NCBI GenBank assembly: GCA_031409335.1
Contig: JANNWY010000107.1
Span: forward strand, 1 to 33,562
Direction of reading: 5' to 3'
DNA: 33,562 nucleotides
Origin: Chthoniobacteraceae bacterium
Lineage (GTDB): Bacteria; Verrucomicrobiota; Verrucomicrobiia; Chthoniobacterales; Chthoniobacteraceae
The translations under genes and the position numbers were made by a program. The notes beneath the pieces were generated by a model. It saw only the letters and a program-made list of their open reading frames with translations, was not told the origin of the DNA and searched no databases. The first letter of the stretch is position 1. The number at the start of each line of letters is the position of its first letter. Shown piece after piece: positions 1 to 8,804 of this stretch.

Positions 1-122
1 TCTTGTCGCGTGGTTTATCGCCTTGTTACTGCCCCGGTGCCACCTCCGACGCCTCACGCCTGCCACAACTCGATCTTTTTCCAACCATCCACTACTTGAC
101 CCTCGCCTGACGAATAATGGGT

Positions 123-141
123 GTTTTTCAACAGGCTGTTA
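123..141. repeat. IS/MITE-like terminal sequence GTTTTTCAACAGGCTGTTA (copy 1)
   Basis: Near-identical direct copy at 348-365. Resembles IS/MITE terminal repeats; no transposase nearby. Confidence 0.45.
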
Positions 142-182
142 ACGGGCGCGAAGGTCTGCCAGTCTGTAGAAACGCCCATTCC

Positions 183-339
183 AGCGCCGTCGGCGCACAT
201 GTTTTTAGAGTCCATCCGAAACAAACCGGCTAGCTTCGTAGGAGCGGCATGTGCCCGCAAACCAAGCATCCATGCCGCTCCTACAGAGCTAGCCCAGTAT
301 TCCCACGAGGGTCTATAAACATGTCGCGCCTACGTCGCT
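183..339. repeat. REP/REPIN-like nested palindromic element
   Basis: Inner inverted repeat GCTAGCTTCGTAGGAGCGGCATG (from 229) / CATGCCGCTCCTACAGAGCTAGC (to 293). Outer degenerate pair AGCGCCGTCGGCGCACATGTTTTTAGA (183-209) / TCTATAAACATGTCGCGCCTACGTCGCT (312-339). Confidence 0.75.
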
Positions 340-347
340 AAAATGGG

Positions 348-365
348 GTTTTCAACAGGCTGCTA
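348..365. repeat. IS/MITE-like terminal sequence GTTTTCAACAGGCTGCTA (copy 2)
   Basis: Direct copy of 123-141, lying about 10 bp from the stop of the 376-957 gene. Confidence 0.45.
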
Positions 366-375
366 GAGCGAAATT

Positions 376-957
376 CTAAAGCTGTTCTCCCTTTTTAATG
401 AATGATGGATCATCGGTTCCTTTCCCGAACGACGGGTCATTCTTGGCATCTCGAATAGCGTGCCAATACCAGTCCACAGCATCGCGCATCAGCACGAGGT
501 CGTCGTCCGTAACAATAAGATCGGCTTTGGTCTTGGGATGTGTAAGCCTGTCTCTTACCTTCGTCACTCGCTGGAATCGCTCCCATCTGTGGTCAGAGAA
601 AAACGTGGCATCGGTGCCACACTCCTTGGCCAAGGAACGAAGAATAAACGCAGTATAGTTGATGAACGGAGCCCGGAGTTCTTCCATCTCGATTGTTCCA
701 TTCTTGAGAATTCGGTTGGAGATGTTGCCGAGAAATATGAGTCTCGCCATATTGTAAGATTCCGTTCGGACGCACGCCACCGCCATTGCGACTTGCCTCA
801 TCATCTCGTTCATCGCCTCGAACATGGAAAAACCGGTTTTAATGTAGGTGCGTCTCCAGAAATCGTTGTCATTGCTATGCAAAAGCTGCTCGCATCGGTA
901 AAAGTCAGCGCCCAGAATCACAACCATCTCTCCGAACCATCCATCGGCTTCATTCAT
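376..957 (-). CDS. Hypothetical protein, probable HEPN-like domain
   Basis: 193 aa ORF, visibly lower GC than neighbours. C-terminal RDRLTH fits the HEPN Rx4H motif (nt 538-555) in a helical-looking sequence. Confidence 0.6.
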   Translation of the reverse strand: MNEADGWFGEMVVILGADFYRCEQLLHSNDNDFWRRTYIKTGFSMFEAMNEMMRQVAMAVACVRTESYNMARLIFLGNISNRILKNGTIEMEELRAPFINYTAFILRSLAKECGTDATFFSDHRWERFQRVTKVRDRLTHPKTKADLIVTDDDLVLMRDAVDWYWHAIRDAKNDPSFGKGTDDPSFIKKGEQL

Positions 958-984
958 AACGCGTGGAAGTCGCCCAACATCCCG

Positions 985-2148
985 TTACGCCGCAGGCTTA
1001 GTCCAAGCCGCATTCCGCTTTGACGAATTCACCACGGCCTCGATGAATGCCATCCCGCGGATGCCATCTTCGATGCGGGGGAAATCGAGCGAGGGGTCAT
1101 CCTTTGCCAGCTTCTTCCCATCAATGCGGGCGTGGATGGCTTGGGCGAAGGCTTTGTAGATGTTGGCGAAGGCTTCGAGATAACCTTCCGGGTGGGCGGG
1201 CGGAGTGCGTCCGGCGGCGAGGGCGGCTTTGCCTAGATAGCCATTGGCGGTGCGATAGACCTGCATGGGTTGGTCGGGCCATTTCAGCAGCATGGTGTTG
1301 GGTTCTCGCTGATGCCATTCGAGGCCACCCTTTTCACCGTACACGCGGATGTTGATGTTGTTCTCTTCACCGACGCTGATCTGCGAGGCGTGCAGGATTC
1401 CTTTCGCACCACCTTTGAAACGCAGCAGCACGTTGCCATCGTCGTCGAGCTTGCGTCCTTTCACGAAGGCCGTGATGTCCGCCGCCAGCTCGCTGATCTG
1501 CAAGCCGGTGATGTATTCCGCGAGGTTTTCCGCGTGGGTGCCGATGTCGCCGATGCAACCCGCTGCGCCGCTCTTCTTCGGATCGGTGCGCCACGAGGCC
1601 TGTTTCTGCCCGGCGGCTTCGATGCGGGTGGCGAGCCAGCCTTGCGGATATTCCACGACGACCTTGCGAATTTTCCCGAGCTTCCCGGCTTTCACCAAAT
1701 CGCGCGCTTCCTTCACGAGCGGGTAGCCGGTGTAGTTGTGCGTGAGTCCGTAGAGCAGGCCGCTCTTTTTCACGAGCACTCCGAGCGCGCGGGCCTGCGC
1801 GAGATCGAAGGTCGCGGGCTTGTCGCTGAGGACGTGGAAGCCGTGTTCGAGCGCCATTTTCGCGGGAGGGAAATGCATGTGGTTTGGCGTGACGATCGCC
1901 ACGAAATCCATGCGTTCTCCCTCGGGTAATTTTGCCTCGGACTTAATCATTTCCTCGAAGCTGCCGTAGCAGCGCGAGGCAGGGAGGAAGAGATCGCCGC
2001 CGGACGCTTTCGATTTCGCGGGGTCGCTGGAGAATGCGCCGCACACGAGTTCGATCTGGCCATCCATCGCCGCCGCGATGCGATGCACCGCGCCGATGAA
2101 TGCCCCGCGTCCACCGCCGATCATGCCGTAACGAATTTTTCTGCTCAT
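985..2148 (-). CDS. Gfo/Idh/MocA family NAD(P)-dependent oxidoreductase
   Basis: Starts MSRKIRYGMIGGGRGAFIGAVH; has VTPNHMH, DKP and DIGTH motifs. ATG at 2148 preferred over the longer track ORF. Confidence 0.92.
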   Translation of the reverse strand: MSRKIRYGMIGGGRGAFIGAVHRIAAAMDGQIELVCGAFSSDPAKSKASGGDLFLPASRCYGSFEEMIKSEAKLPEGERMDFVAIVTPNHMHFPPAKMALEHGFHVLSDKPATFDLAQARALGVLVKKSGLLYGLTHNYTGYPLVKEARDLVKAGKLGKIRKVVVEYPQGWLATRIEAAGQKQASWRTDPKKSGAAGCIGDIGTHAENLAEYITGLQISELAADITAFVKGRKLDDDGNVLLRFKGGAKGILHASQISVGEENNINIRVYGEKGGLEWHQREPNTMLLKWPDQPMQVYRTANGYLGKAALAAGRTPPAHPEGYLEAFANIYKAFAQAIHARIDGKKLAKDDPSLDFPRIEDGIRGMAFIEAVVNSSKRNAAWTKPAA

Positions 2149-2211
2149 AGTGGCTGCTGTGTAGAAAAGTGGGCGCACTGCGGCAAGGGGAATGTGGCTC
2201 GACTCCCCAAA

Positions 2212-2307
2212 CCTACTCTCGATCCTGCTCCTGCTCTTGCTCCTGATCCTGATCTGGACCGCGTCCCGCGCGGTTCGTTTTTGGATCAAGATCAAGAGCA
2301 GGAGAGG
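2212..2307. repeat. Hexamer-repeat foldback element (CCTGCT/CTTGCT/CCTGAT units, then the inverse GATCAA/GAGCAG units)
   Basis: Tandem hexamers 2212-2255, central hairpin ACCGCG..CGCGGT, inverted hexamers 2283-2307, in a divergent intergenic gap. Confidence 0.7.
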
Positions 2308-2377
2308 AAGGGAACGGCTGCTGCGTGATCTGAATGACTAACGGAATCCGCCCGAGCGTGGTTGAATGTCTGCTCCC

Positions 2378-5300
2378 ATGAAGCTCGCGCCTTCCATCCT
2401 TTCGTTTCTCTGGTTGCTTCCTGCGCTTGTGTCGCCCGGTCGCGCGAATGAATTCGACACGAACATCAAGCCGCTGCTCGATGAGTTTTGCCTGAAGTGC
2501 CATTCGACCGTGGAGCAAAAGGGTGACTTCGATCTGGAGCAGCACGCCTCGCTCGCCGCGATGAAAAAGCATCCGAAACCATGGCAGATGGTTTTGCAGC
2601 AGTTGGCCGATGGCGAAATGCCGCCGAAGAAAAAACCGCAGCTTTTGCCGGAACAAAAAGCGAAGCTAATGTCATGGGTGCGCGCGTCGCTGGATGCCAT
2701 CGCGCTGGAGCGTGCGGGCGATCCGGGGCCGGTCGTCTTGCGGCGGCTTTCCAACGCGGAATACACTTACACGATTCGCGATCTGACGGGGATGGAGTCC
2801 CTCGATCCGGCGAAGGAATTTCCCGTCGATGGCGCGGCGGGCGAGGGCTTCACGAACACGGGTCAGTCGCTCGTGATGTCGCCGTCGCTGGTCACGAAAT
2901 ATCTTGATGCGGCGAAAGGCATCGCGGCGCACGCGGTGCTGCTGCCGGATGGGATTCGTTTTTCGCCGAGCACGTCGCAGCGCGATTGGACCGAGGAAAA
3001 GCTCGCGGCGATTCGCGGATTTTACGCGCAGTTCACAAGCATCGGTGGCGGTTCGGCGGTGGATTTGCAGGGCCTTAAATTCGACACGAAAGACGGCGGC
3101 GTTTTGCCCTTTGAAAAGTATCTCGCAGCCACGCTCGCGGAGCGCGATGCGTTGAAAAGCGGTGGCAAATCCGTCGCAGTCGTCGCGCGCGAGCGTGGGT
3201 TGAATGCGAAGTATCTCGGCGCGCTTTGGACCGCGCTGAACAACGCCAAACCGTCGCTCGTGCTCGACGGAATCCGCGCGCGGTGGCGCGACGCGAAGCC
3301 GGAGGGCTCGGCGGTGATCGCAACGGAAATTGCACAATGGCAGAGGGCGCTCTGGCGCTTCACCACGGTCGGCCACATCGGCAAACGCGATGGCCCGAAA
3401 GCGTGGGAAGTGCCGGTGACACCGCTCGCGAATGCGCGCGAAATGCGGTTGAAAATCCCGGCGCCGACTGCGGGAAAAGACGTGAGTTTGTATCTCGCGA
3501 CTTCCGATGCGGGCGATGGCGCAGAGCATGATTTCGCGCTGTGGGAAAATCCGCGCCTCGTCGCGCCGGGCCGGCCGGATCTCGCACTGCGCGATGTGCG
3601 CGCCGCCGTCGCCGCGCTCACGACGCATCGCGAGCGCGTCTTTTCCACCTCCGCGAAATGCCTCGCCGCAGCGGCGGAAGCGGGCGCATCGCCGACCGAA
3701 AACAATGTCGCGCAGCTCGCGCTAAAGCATGGTGTGGAAAAGATCGTGCTCGCGGCGTGGCTGGATTTTCTCGGCATCGGCGCGGGTGAGGCGTGGATCG
3801 ACGGGCACATGACGCAGAAGGCGGAGAGCGCGCAGAGTTACGATTTCATCAAGGGCTGGACGGGTGCGGATGCGTTGAGTGTCGTCGCAAATTCCTCCGA
3901 TCAGCAGGTGCGAATTCCGGGGAACATGAAACCGCACGGCATCGCGGTGCATCCCGCGCCGAAGCTGCGCGTGGTCGTGGGCTGGCGCAGTCCGGTCGCA
4001 GCGACCATGCGCGTCGAGGGAGTGGCGCAGCACGCGCATCCCGAGTGCGGAAATGGCGTGGCGTGGACGCTGGAATTGCGGCGCGGCAACACGCGGCAGC
4101 GGCTCGCGAGCGGCATCGCGCACGGCCCGGCGGCAGTGAAAATCGGGCCGGTGGAGAACCTCGCGATGCAGCCCGGCGACTTGGTTTCAGTGGTCATCGC
4201 GCCGCGCGAGGGAAATCATTCGTGTGATTTAACAGCGGTGGATTTGACGCTGACCGACGGCGCGCGCGAGTGGGATTTGGCGAAGGATGTCTCGCCAAAC
4301 ATCCTCGCTGGAAATCCGCACACCGACCGGCTCGGCAATGCGAACGTGTGGCATTTTTACAGCGAATCGGACAATGGCGCCGGGAACGGGCCGGTGCTGC
4401 CAGCGGGATCGCTGCTCGCGAAATGGCAGTCGAGCGCAAATGTGGACGAGAAGCAAAAGCTCGCCGGGCAAGTGCAGGCGCTGCTGCTCGGCGGCGCGGG
4501 GGGATTCGCGAAAGACTCGCCGGACGCCGCGCTGTATCGCGATCTCACGTCGTTGAGCGGACCGCTGATTTCCGCGGCGCGAAATGAATTGCTGAAGAAT
4601 CCCGCGTCGCCCGCGACCGACGGCGACGCTTATGGACTCGATCCCTCGATCTTTACCGGCGCGAGTCTCGGAGCGCGCGCTCCGTCGGTGATCGAAGTGC
4701 GTTTGCCTGCCGATCTAGTGGAAGGTTGCGAGTTCGTGGCGACGGCGACTTTGCACCGCGAGACGGGCGCGGAGGGAAGTGTGCAGATGCAAGTGCTCAC
4801 GACGAAACCAGCCGCGACGCCGGCGCTCGCTCCGGGCGTCGCGAAAGAACAGGGCGGCAAAAGCACGTGGTCGGATGGCGAGCGTCCGGTGATTTCGGAT
4901 TCGCCGATCCTCGTGGGCGACGCGAGTGAAGCGCGGAAGCGCATCGAGGCCGCGCTCGATGAATTCCGGCAGCTTTTCCCCGCCGCGCTTTGCTACACGA
5001 AAATCGTGCCGGTCGATGAAGTGGTGACGCTCACGCTTTTCTATCGCGAGGACGATCACCTCCGGCGGCTGCTGCTCGACGACGCGCAGACCGCGGAACT
5101 CGAACGGCTCTGGGCGGAGTTGCATTTCGTCAGCCAGGATGCGTTCAAGCTCGTCGATGCGTTCGAGCAGCTTTGGCAATTCGCGACGCAGGACGCCGAC
5201 CCGAGCGCATTCACGCCGATGCGTGAGCCGATCAAACAGCGCGCGGATGAATTCCGGAAACTGCTCGTTAGCACGGAGCCGCGGCACGTCGCGGCCACGC

Positions 5301-6535
5301 TGGATTTTGCCGAACGCGCGTATCGGCGCCCGCTCGCGGATGGCGAAAAAGCGCAACTCCGGGAGCTTTACCGAAAGCTGCGCGAACAGGAATTGCCGCA
5401 CGAGGAGGCGATCCGACTGACGCTCGCGCGGGTGCTGGTGGGCCCGGCATTTTTGTATAAGGTGGAGCGGCAGGGGCCTGGCAAACAACAGTCGCCGGTG
5501 AGTGATTGGGAACTTGCAACGCGGCTGAGTTATTTCCTGTGGTCGTCCGAGCCGGATGCGGAACTGCGCGCGGTTGCTGCGGCGGGAAAATTGCGCGAGC
5601 CGGAAGTGCTCGTCGCGCAGACGCGGCGGATGCTCGGCGATGCGCGCGTGCGGCGGATGGCGACGGAGTTTGGTTGCGCGTGGCTGCACATTCACGGGTT
5701 CGATTCGCTGGATGAAAAGAGCGAGCGCCACTTCCCGGAATTCGCCGCGCTGCGCGGCGCGATGTACGAGGAATCGATCCGCTTTTTCACGGACTTCTTT
5801 CAGGAGAATCGCGCGGTGCCGAGCATCCTCGACGCGGACCACACGTTTGTGAACGGCGCACTCGCGAAGCATTACGGAATCACCGGCGTGGACGGTGAGG
5901 AATGGCGGCGTGTCGATGGGCTGCGGAAGTTTTCGCGCGGCGGAATCATTGGCCAGGCGGCGACTCTCGCGAAGCAATCCGGCGCCTCGCGCACGAGCCC
6001 GATCCTGCGCGGAAACTGGGTCGCGGAAGTGCTGCTCGGCGACAAGCTGCCGCGTCCGCCGAAAGACGTGCCGCGTCTTCCCGAAGACGAAGCGACCGAG
6101 ACGCTGACCGTCCGCCAGCTCACCGAAAAACACAGCACCGACCCGCGCTGCTCCGGCTGCCATGTGCGCATCGACGCCTTCGGTTTCGCGCTGGAAAGTT
6201 TCGACGCCATCGGACATTTCCGCGAACGCGACCTCGGCAACCGCCCGATCGACACGCGCTCCAAAGTATTCGATGGCACCGAGCTGAATGGCATCGACGG
6301 ACTGCGCGATTACCTGCTGACGAAACGCCGCGACGCCTTTCTGCGCCAGTTCTGCCGCAAGCTGCTCGGCTACTCCCTCGGCCGTGCCGTACAGCTTTCC
6401 GACGAGCCACTAATCAAAGACATGCTCACCGAACTCGCCGCGAAAGATTACCGCATCCACAACGCGATCGAATTGATCGTGAGCAGCCGCCAGTTCCGCG
6501 AAATCCGCGGACGCGATGCCGGTGTGGAAGACTAA
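2378..6535 (+). CDS. DUF1592/DUF1588/DUF1587/DUF1595/DUF1585-type secreted c-type cytochrome protein
   Basis: Signal peptide, heme motifs CLKCH and CSGCH, LRRLSNAEYTYT, ELATRLSYFLWSS, TSPILRGNWV, KLLGYSLGR. Start at 2378 (or 2366). Confidence 0.9.
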   Translation: MKLAPSILSFLWLLPALVSPGRANEFDTNIKPLLDEFCLKCHSTVEQKGDFDLEQHASLAAMKKHPKPWQMVLQQLADGEMPPKKKPQLLPEQKAKLMSWVRASLDAIALERAGDPGPVVLRRLSNAEYTYTIRDLTGMESLDPAKEFPVDGAAGEGFTNTGQSLVMSPSLVTKYLDAAKGIAAHAVLLPDGIRFSPSTSQRDWTEEKLAAIRGFYAQFTSIGGGSAVDLQGLKFDTKDGGVLPFEKYLAATLAERDALKSGGKSVAVVARERGLNAKYLGALWTALNNAKPSLVLDGIRARWRDAKPEGSAVIATEIAQWQRALWRFTTVGHIGKRDGPKAWEVPVTPLANAREMRLKIPAPTAGKDVSLYLATSDAGDGAEHDFALWENPRLVAPGRPDLALRDVRAAVAALTTHRERVFSTSAKCLAAAAEAGASPTENNVAQLALKHGVEKIVLAAWLDFLGIGAGEAWIDGHMTQKAESAQSYDFIKGWTGADALSVVANSSDQQVRIPGNMKPHGIAVHPAPKLRVVVGWRSPVAATMRVEGVAQHAHPECGNGVAWTLELRRGNTRQRLASGIAHGPAAVKIGPVENLAMQPGDLVSVVIAPREGNHSCDLTAVDLTLTDGAREWDLAKDVSPNILAGNPHTDRLGNANVWHFYSESDNGAGNGPVLPAGSLLAKWQSSANVDEKQKLAGQVQALLLGGAGGFAKDSPDAALYRDLTSLSGPLISAARNELLKNPASPATDGDAYGLDPSIFTGASLGARAPSVIEVRLPADLVEGCEFVATATLHRETGAEGSVQMQVLTTKPAATPALAPGVAKEQGGKSTWSDGERPVISDSPILVGDASEARKRIEAALDEFRQLFPAALCYTKIVPVDEVVTLTLFYREDDHLRRLLLDDAQTAELERLWAELHFVSQDAFKLVDAFEQLWQFATQDADPSAFTPMREPIKQRADEFRKLLVSTEPRHVAATLDFAERAYRRPLADGEKAQLRELYRKLREQELPHEEAIRLTLARVLVGPAFLYKVERQGPGKQQSPVSDWELATRLSYFLWSSEPDAELRAVAAAGKLREPEVLVAQTRRMLGDARVRRMATEFGCAWLHIHGFDSLDEKSERHFPEFAALRGAMYEESIRFFTDFFQENRAVPSILDADHTFVNGALAKHYGITGVDGEEWRRVDGLRKFSRGGIIGQAATLAKQSGASRTSPILRGNWVAEVLLGDKLPRPPKDVPRLPEDEATETLTVRQLTEKHSTDPRCSGCHVRIDAFGFALESFDAIGHFRERDLGNRPIDTRSKVFDGTELNGIDGLRDYLLTKRRDAFLRQFCRKLLGYSLGRAVQLSDEPLIKDMLTELAAKDYRIHNAIELIVSSRQFREIRGRDAGVED

Positions 6536-6625
6536 CCCCCTTCCGGCCAGCCAATGCCTTCTTCGCTGGCGCGCGATGCGCGTCTCGCTGGGGCCTTCAT
6601 CGTTTCTCAATGGGCAGGTCCAAAT

Positions 6626-7198
6626 CTAAACCCATAGCGAGCCACGGAACCCTCTGGCACTATAGTAAGACTGCGCACCGTTGTGATAGATGAAGACGTG
6701 GCCGAACCGGCGATCACCAAAAAGGGCGCCGCCAAGTTTTCGAATGTCAGCAGGTGCCTTCACCCAGCTTGATGTCTTTGTGTCAAACCCGCCAAGTTCC
6801 TGCAGTTCTCGATATTGTTCTTCCGTTAAAAGCTCGATGCCCATCGCCACAGCCATATCCATCGCGCTATTCGCCGGTTTATGTTCCTTCCGTGATTCCA
6901 GCCCTTCGCGGTCGTAGCAAACACTGGTGCGACCTTTGGGACTTTCCGCGGAACAATCAAAAAAGAGGTATTCGCCCGTCTTCTTACTCTGACCCACCAC
7001 ATCCGGTTCACCGCCGGTTCTTTCCATTTCGCTGAGTGACCACAGTTTATCGGGAGTAGCGTCCAGCTTGGCTTTTACCTTAGCCCATTCGAGACCTTGA
7101 TGGCGGTTCATGTTTTCCTCGAAGCGGCTTTTCAGTGCTTTGAGCAGTGCTTCACGTTGTTGTGGCGACAACTCCTTTTTTGGTTCAACGCTTTTCAT
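6626..7198 (-). CDS. DUF4256 domain-containing protein
   Basis: RFEENMNRH, MERTGGEPDVV, FDTKTSSW and YHNGAQSYYSARGFRG are characteristic. Lower GC than the flanking genes. Confidence 0.88.
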   Translation of the reverse strand: MKSVEPKKELSPQQREALLKALKSRFEENMNRHQGLEWAKVKAKLDATPDKLWSLSEMERTGGEPDVVGQSKKTGEYLFFDCSAESPKGRTSVCYDREGLESRKEHKPANSAMDMAVAMGIELLTEEQYRELQELGGFDTKTSSWVKAPADIRKLGGALFGDRRFGHVFIYHNGAQSYYSARGFRGSLWV

Positions 7199-7277
7199 AT
7201 GGGTTTTCTGATTCGCGTAATACTATCCGCCGTTGCAAATTGTAAGTTTAGAAATCGGAGGTTAGCACTGATTTTCA

Positions 7278-7576
7278 GGGCGTGGATGCAAGCTCGGTCC
7301 ACAGGCTTGAAGAGCCTTAAAAAACGCCAGCCCAAGGCAACGCCATGGGTATTGATCGGAGGACGGCCAAGCTATGGATGGGCGTAATATTCTTGCGCTG
7401 AAAGCCTGTTCCATCTCCGCGCCCTTTCGGACCAATGGATGAAGCGGACTTTCATTCCCTGCGTTGGTTTTCCACGATTGCTGAGGCGTCGCCCCGGGCT
7501 GGGATGGTGGTGGGCCTTCGGCCCTCAAAAACGAGCGTTGCAAAGCCGGTCATTGGACCTGATTTGAATCACACCC
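7278..7576. mobile_element. Degenerate ~300 bp MITE/REP composite element
   Basis: Imperfect terminal IR GGGCGTGGATGCAAGCTCGGTCCA / TGGACCTGATTTGAATCACACCC. Internal hairpins AGCCCAAGGCAACGCCATGGGT, GAGGCGTCGCCCCGGGCT and GGGCCTTCGGCCC. Confidence 0.55.
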
Positions 7577-7801
7577 GTGGAATCCGAGTGGCTCGTGCCG
7601 AGTTGGCGTTGCAGGTTGTATTTTTCCAAAAGAGTCGCGAGCGAGGAGCCGACGAATCGCCAAAAACCCGGCAAGACAATTGACGAACCGATATGGGATT
7701 TGAGAAAAGATCACCAATCGTGATTGCCGAATCCCACGAGCGAGTTCGTTATCAAATTCAAGTTCGTTCTTCATTTTTCCGACTCCCACACACTTCCGTT
7801 T

Positions 7802-8629
7802 ATGATGCCTCCCGAGCCGCCACCCATTCCTTCGATCACGCGCAATTCGCACGTGATCGACTACCATATCCACGGCGACGACATGCAGCTCCTGGAGGTC
7901 GAACTCGATCCCGGCGAAAGCGTGATCGCCGAGGCTGGGGCGATGTGTTTCATGGAGGAGCAGATCGAGTTCGAGTCGAAAATGGGCGATGGCTCCGAGC
8001 CAGGCGGCGGTTTTTTTGGCGCGCTAAAAAACATCGGCAAACGCGTGCTCACGGGCGAATCGATCTTCATGACGCATTTCACGCATCGCGGTACCGGGAA
8101 GAAGAAGATCGCCTTTGCCGCGCCGTATCCGGGGAAGATCATTCCGGTCGATCTCGCGCAGCTCGGCGGGGAGTTGATTTGTGAAAAAGACGCGTTCCTG
8201 TGCGCGGCGAAAGGCACCTCGGTGGGCATTGCGTTTAACAAGAAGCTCGGGGCCGGACTTTTTGGCGGCGAGGGTTTCATCCTCCAGCGGCTGCGCGGGG
8301 ATGGGCTCGCGTTTTTCCACGTCGGCGGGACGGTCGTGAAGCGCGAGCTCAAGGGCGAAACGCTGCGCGTCGATACCGGCTGCCTCGCGGCGATGACACC
8401 CGGAATTCAGTATGACATCCAGCGCGCGGGAAATCTGAAGTCGATGCTCTTTGGCGGCGAAGGCCTCTTTCTCGCCACGCTGACTGGCCACGGCACGGTG
8501 TGGCTGCAAAGTCTGCCCTTTTCCCGCATGGCGGACCGCATCCTCGCGAATGCGCCCGGCGGTGGCGGCGGCTCGACGGGCGAAGGCTCGGTGCTCGGCG
8601 GCATCGGGCGGATGTTCGACGGGAATTGA
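7802..8629 (+). CDS. TIGR00266 / AIM24 family protein
   Basis: [43 protein letters not shown] and WLQSLPFSR. Exact start uncertain. Confidence 0.9.
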   Translation: MMPPEPPPIPSITRNSHVIDYHIHGDDMQLLEVELDPGESVIAEAGAMCFMEEQIEFESKMGDGSEPGGGFFGALKNIGKRVLTGESIFMTHFTHRGTGKKKIAFAAPYPGKIIPVDLAQLGGELICEKDAFLCAAKGTSVGIAFNKKLGAGLFGGEGFILQRLRGDGLAFFHVGGTVVKRELKGETLRVDTGCLAAMTPGIQYDIQRAGNLKSMLFGGEGLFLATLTGHGTVWLQSLPFSRMADRILANAPGGGGGSTGEGSVLGGIGRMFDGN

Positions 8630-8648
8630 GGCGAGTTTCATCAGTCCT

Positions 8649-8788
8649 GCCGCTGATAGCCGAAGGCTCTGGGACTGCGGTGATTCCTTCACCGCTTTGG
8701 GAGAGTGGATCGCTCCACGGGGCAGCACCGTTCCGTGCTAAAGCGGTGAAGGAATCACCGCAGTCCAGGGCCTTCGGCTATCAGCGGC
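8649..8788. repeat. REP doublet (long inverted repeat) between convergent genes; possible terminator role
   Basis: About 50 bp arms: GCCGCTGATAGCCGAAGGC..GGACTGCGGTGATTCCTTCACCGCTTT / AAAGCGGTGAAGGAATCACCGCAGTCC..GCCTTCGGCTATCAGCGGC. Each arm contains its own hairpin. Confidence 0.85.
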
Positions 8789-8804
8789 GGATGGGATTGG
8801 CCGG

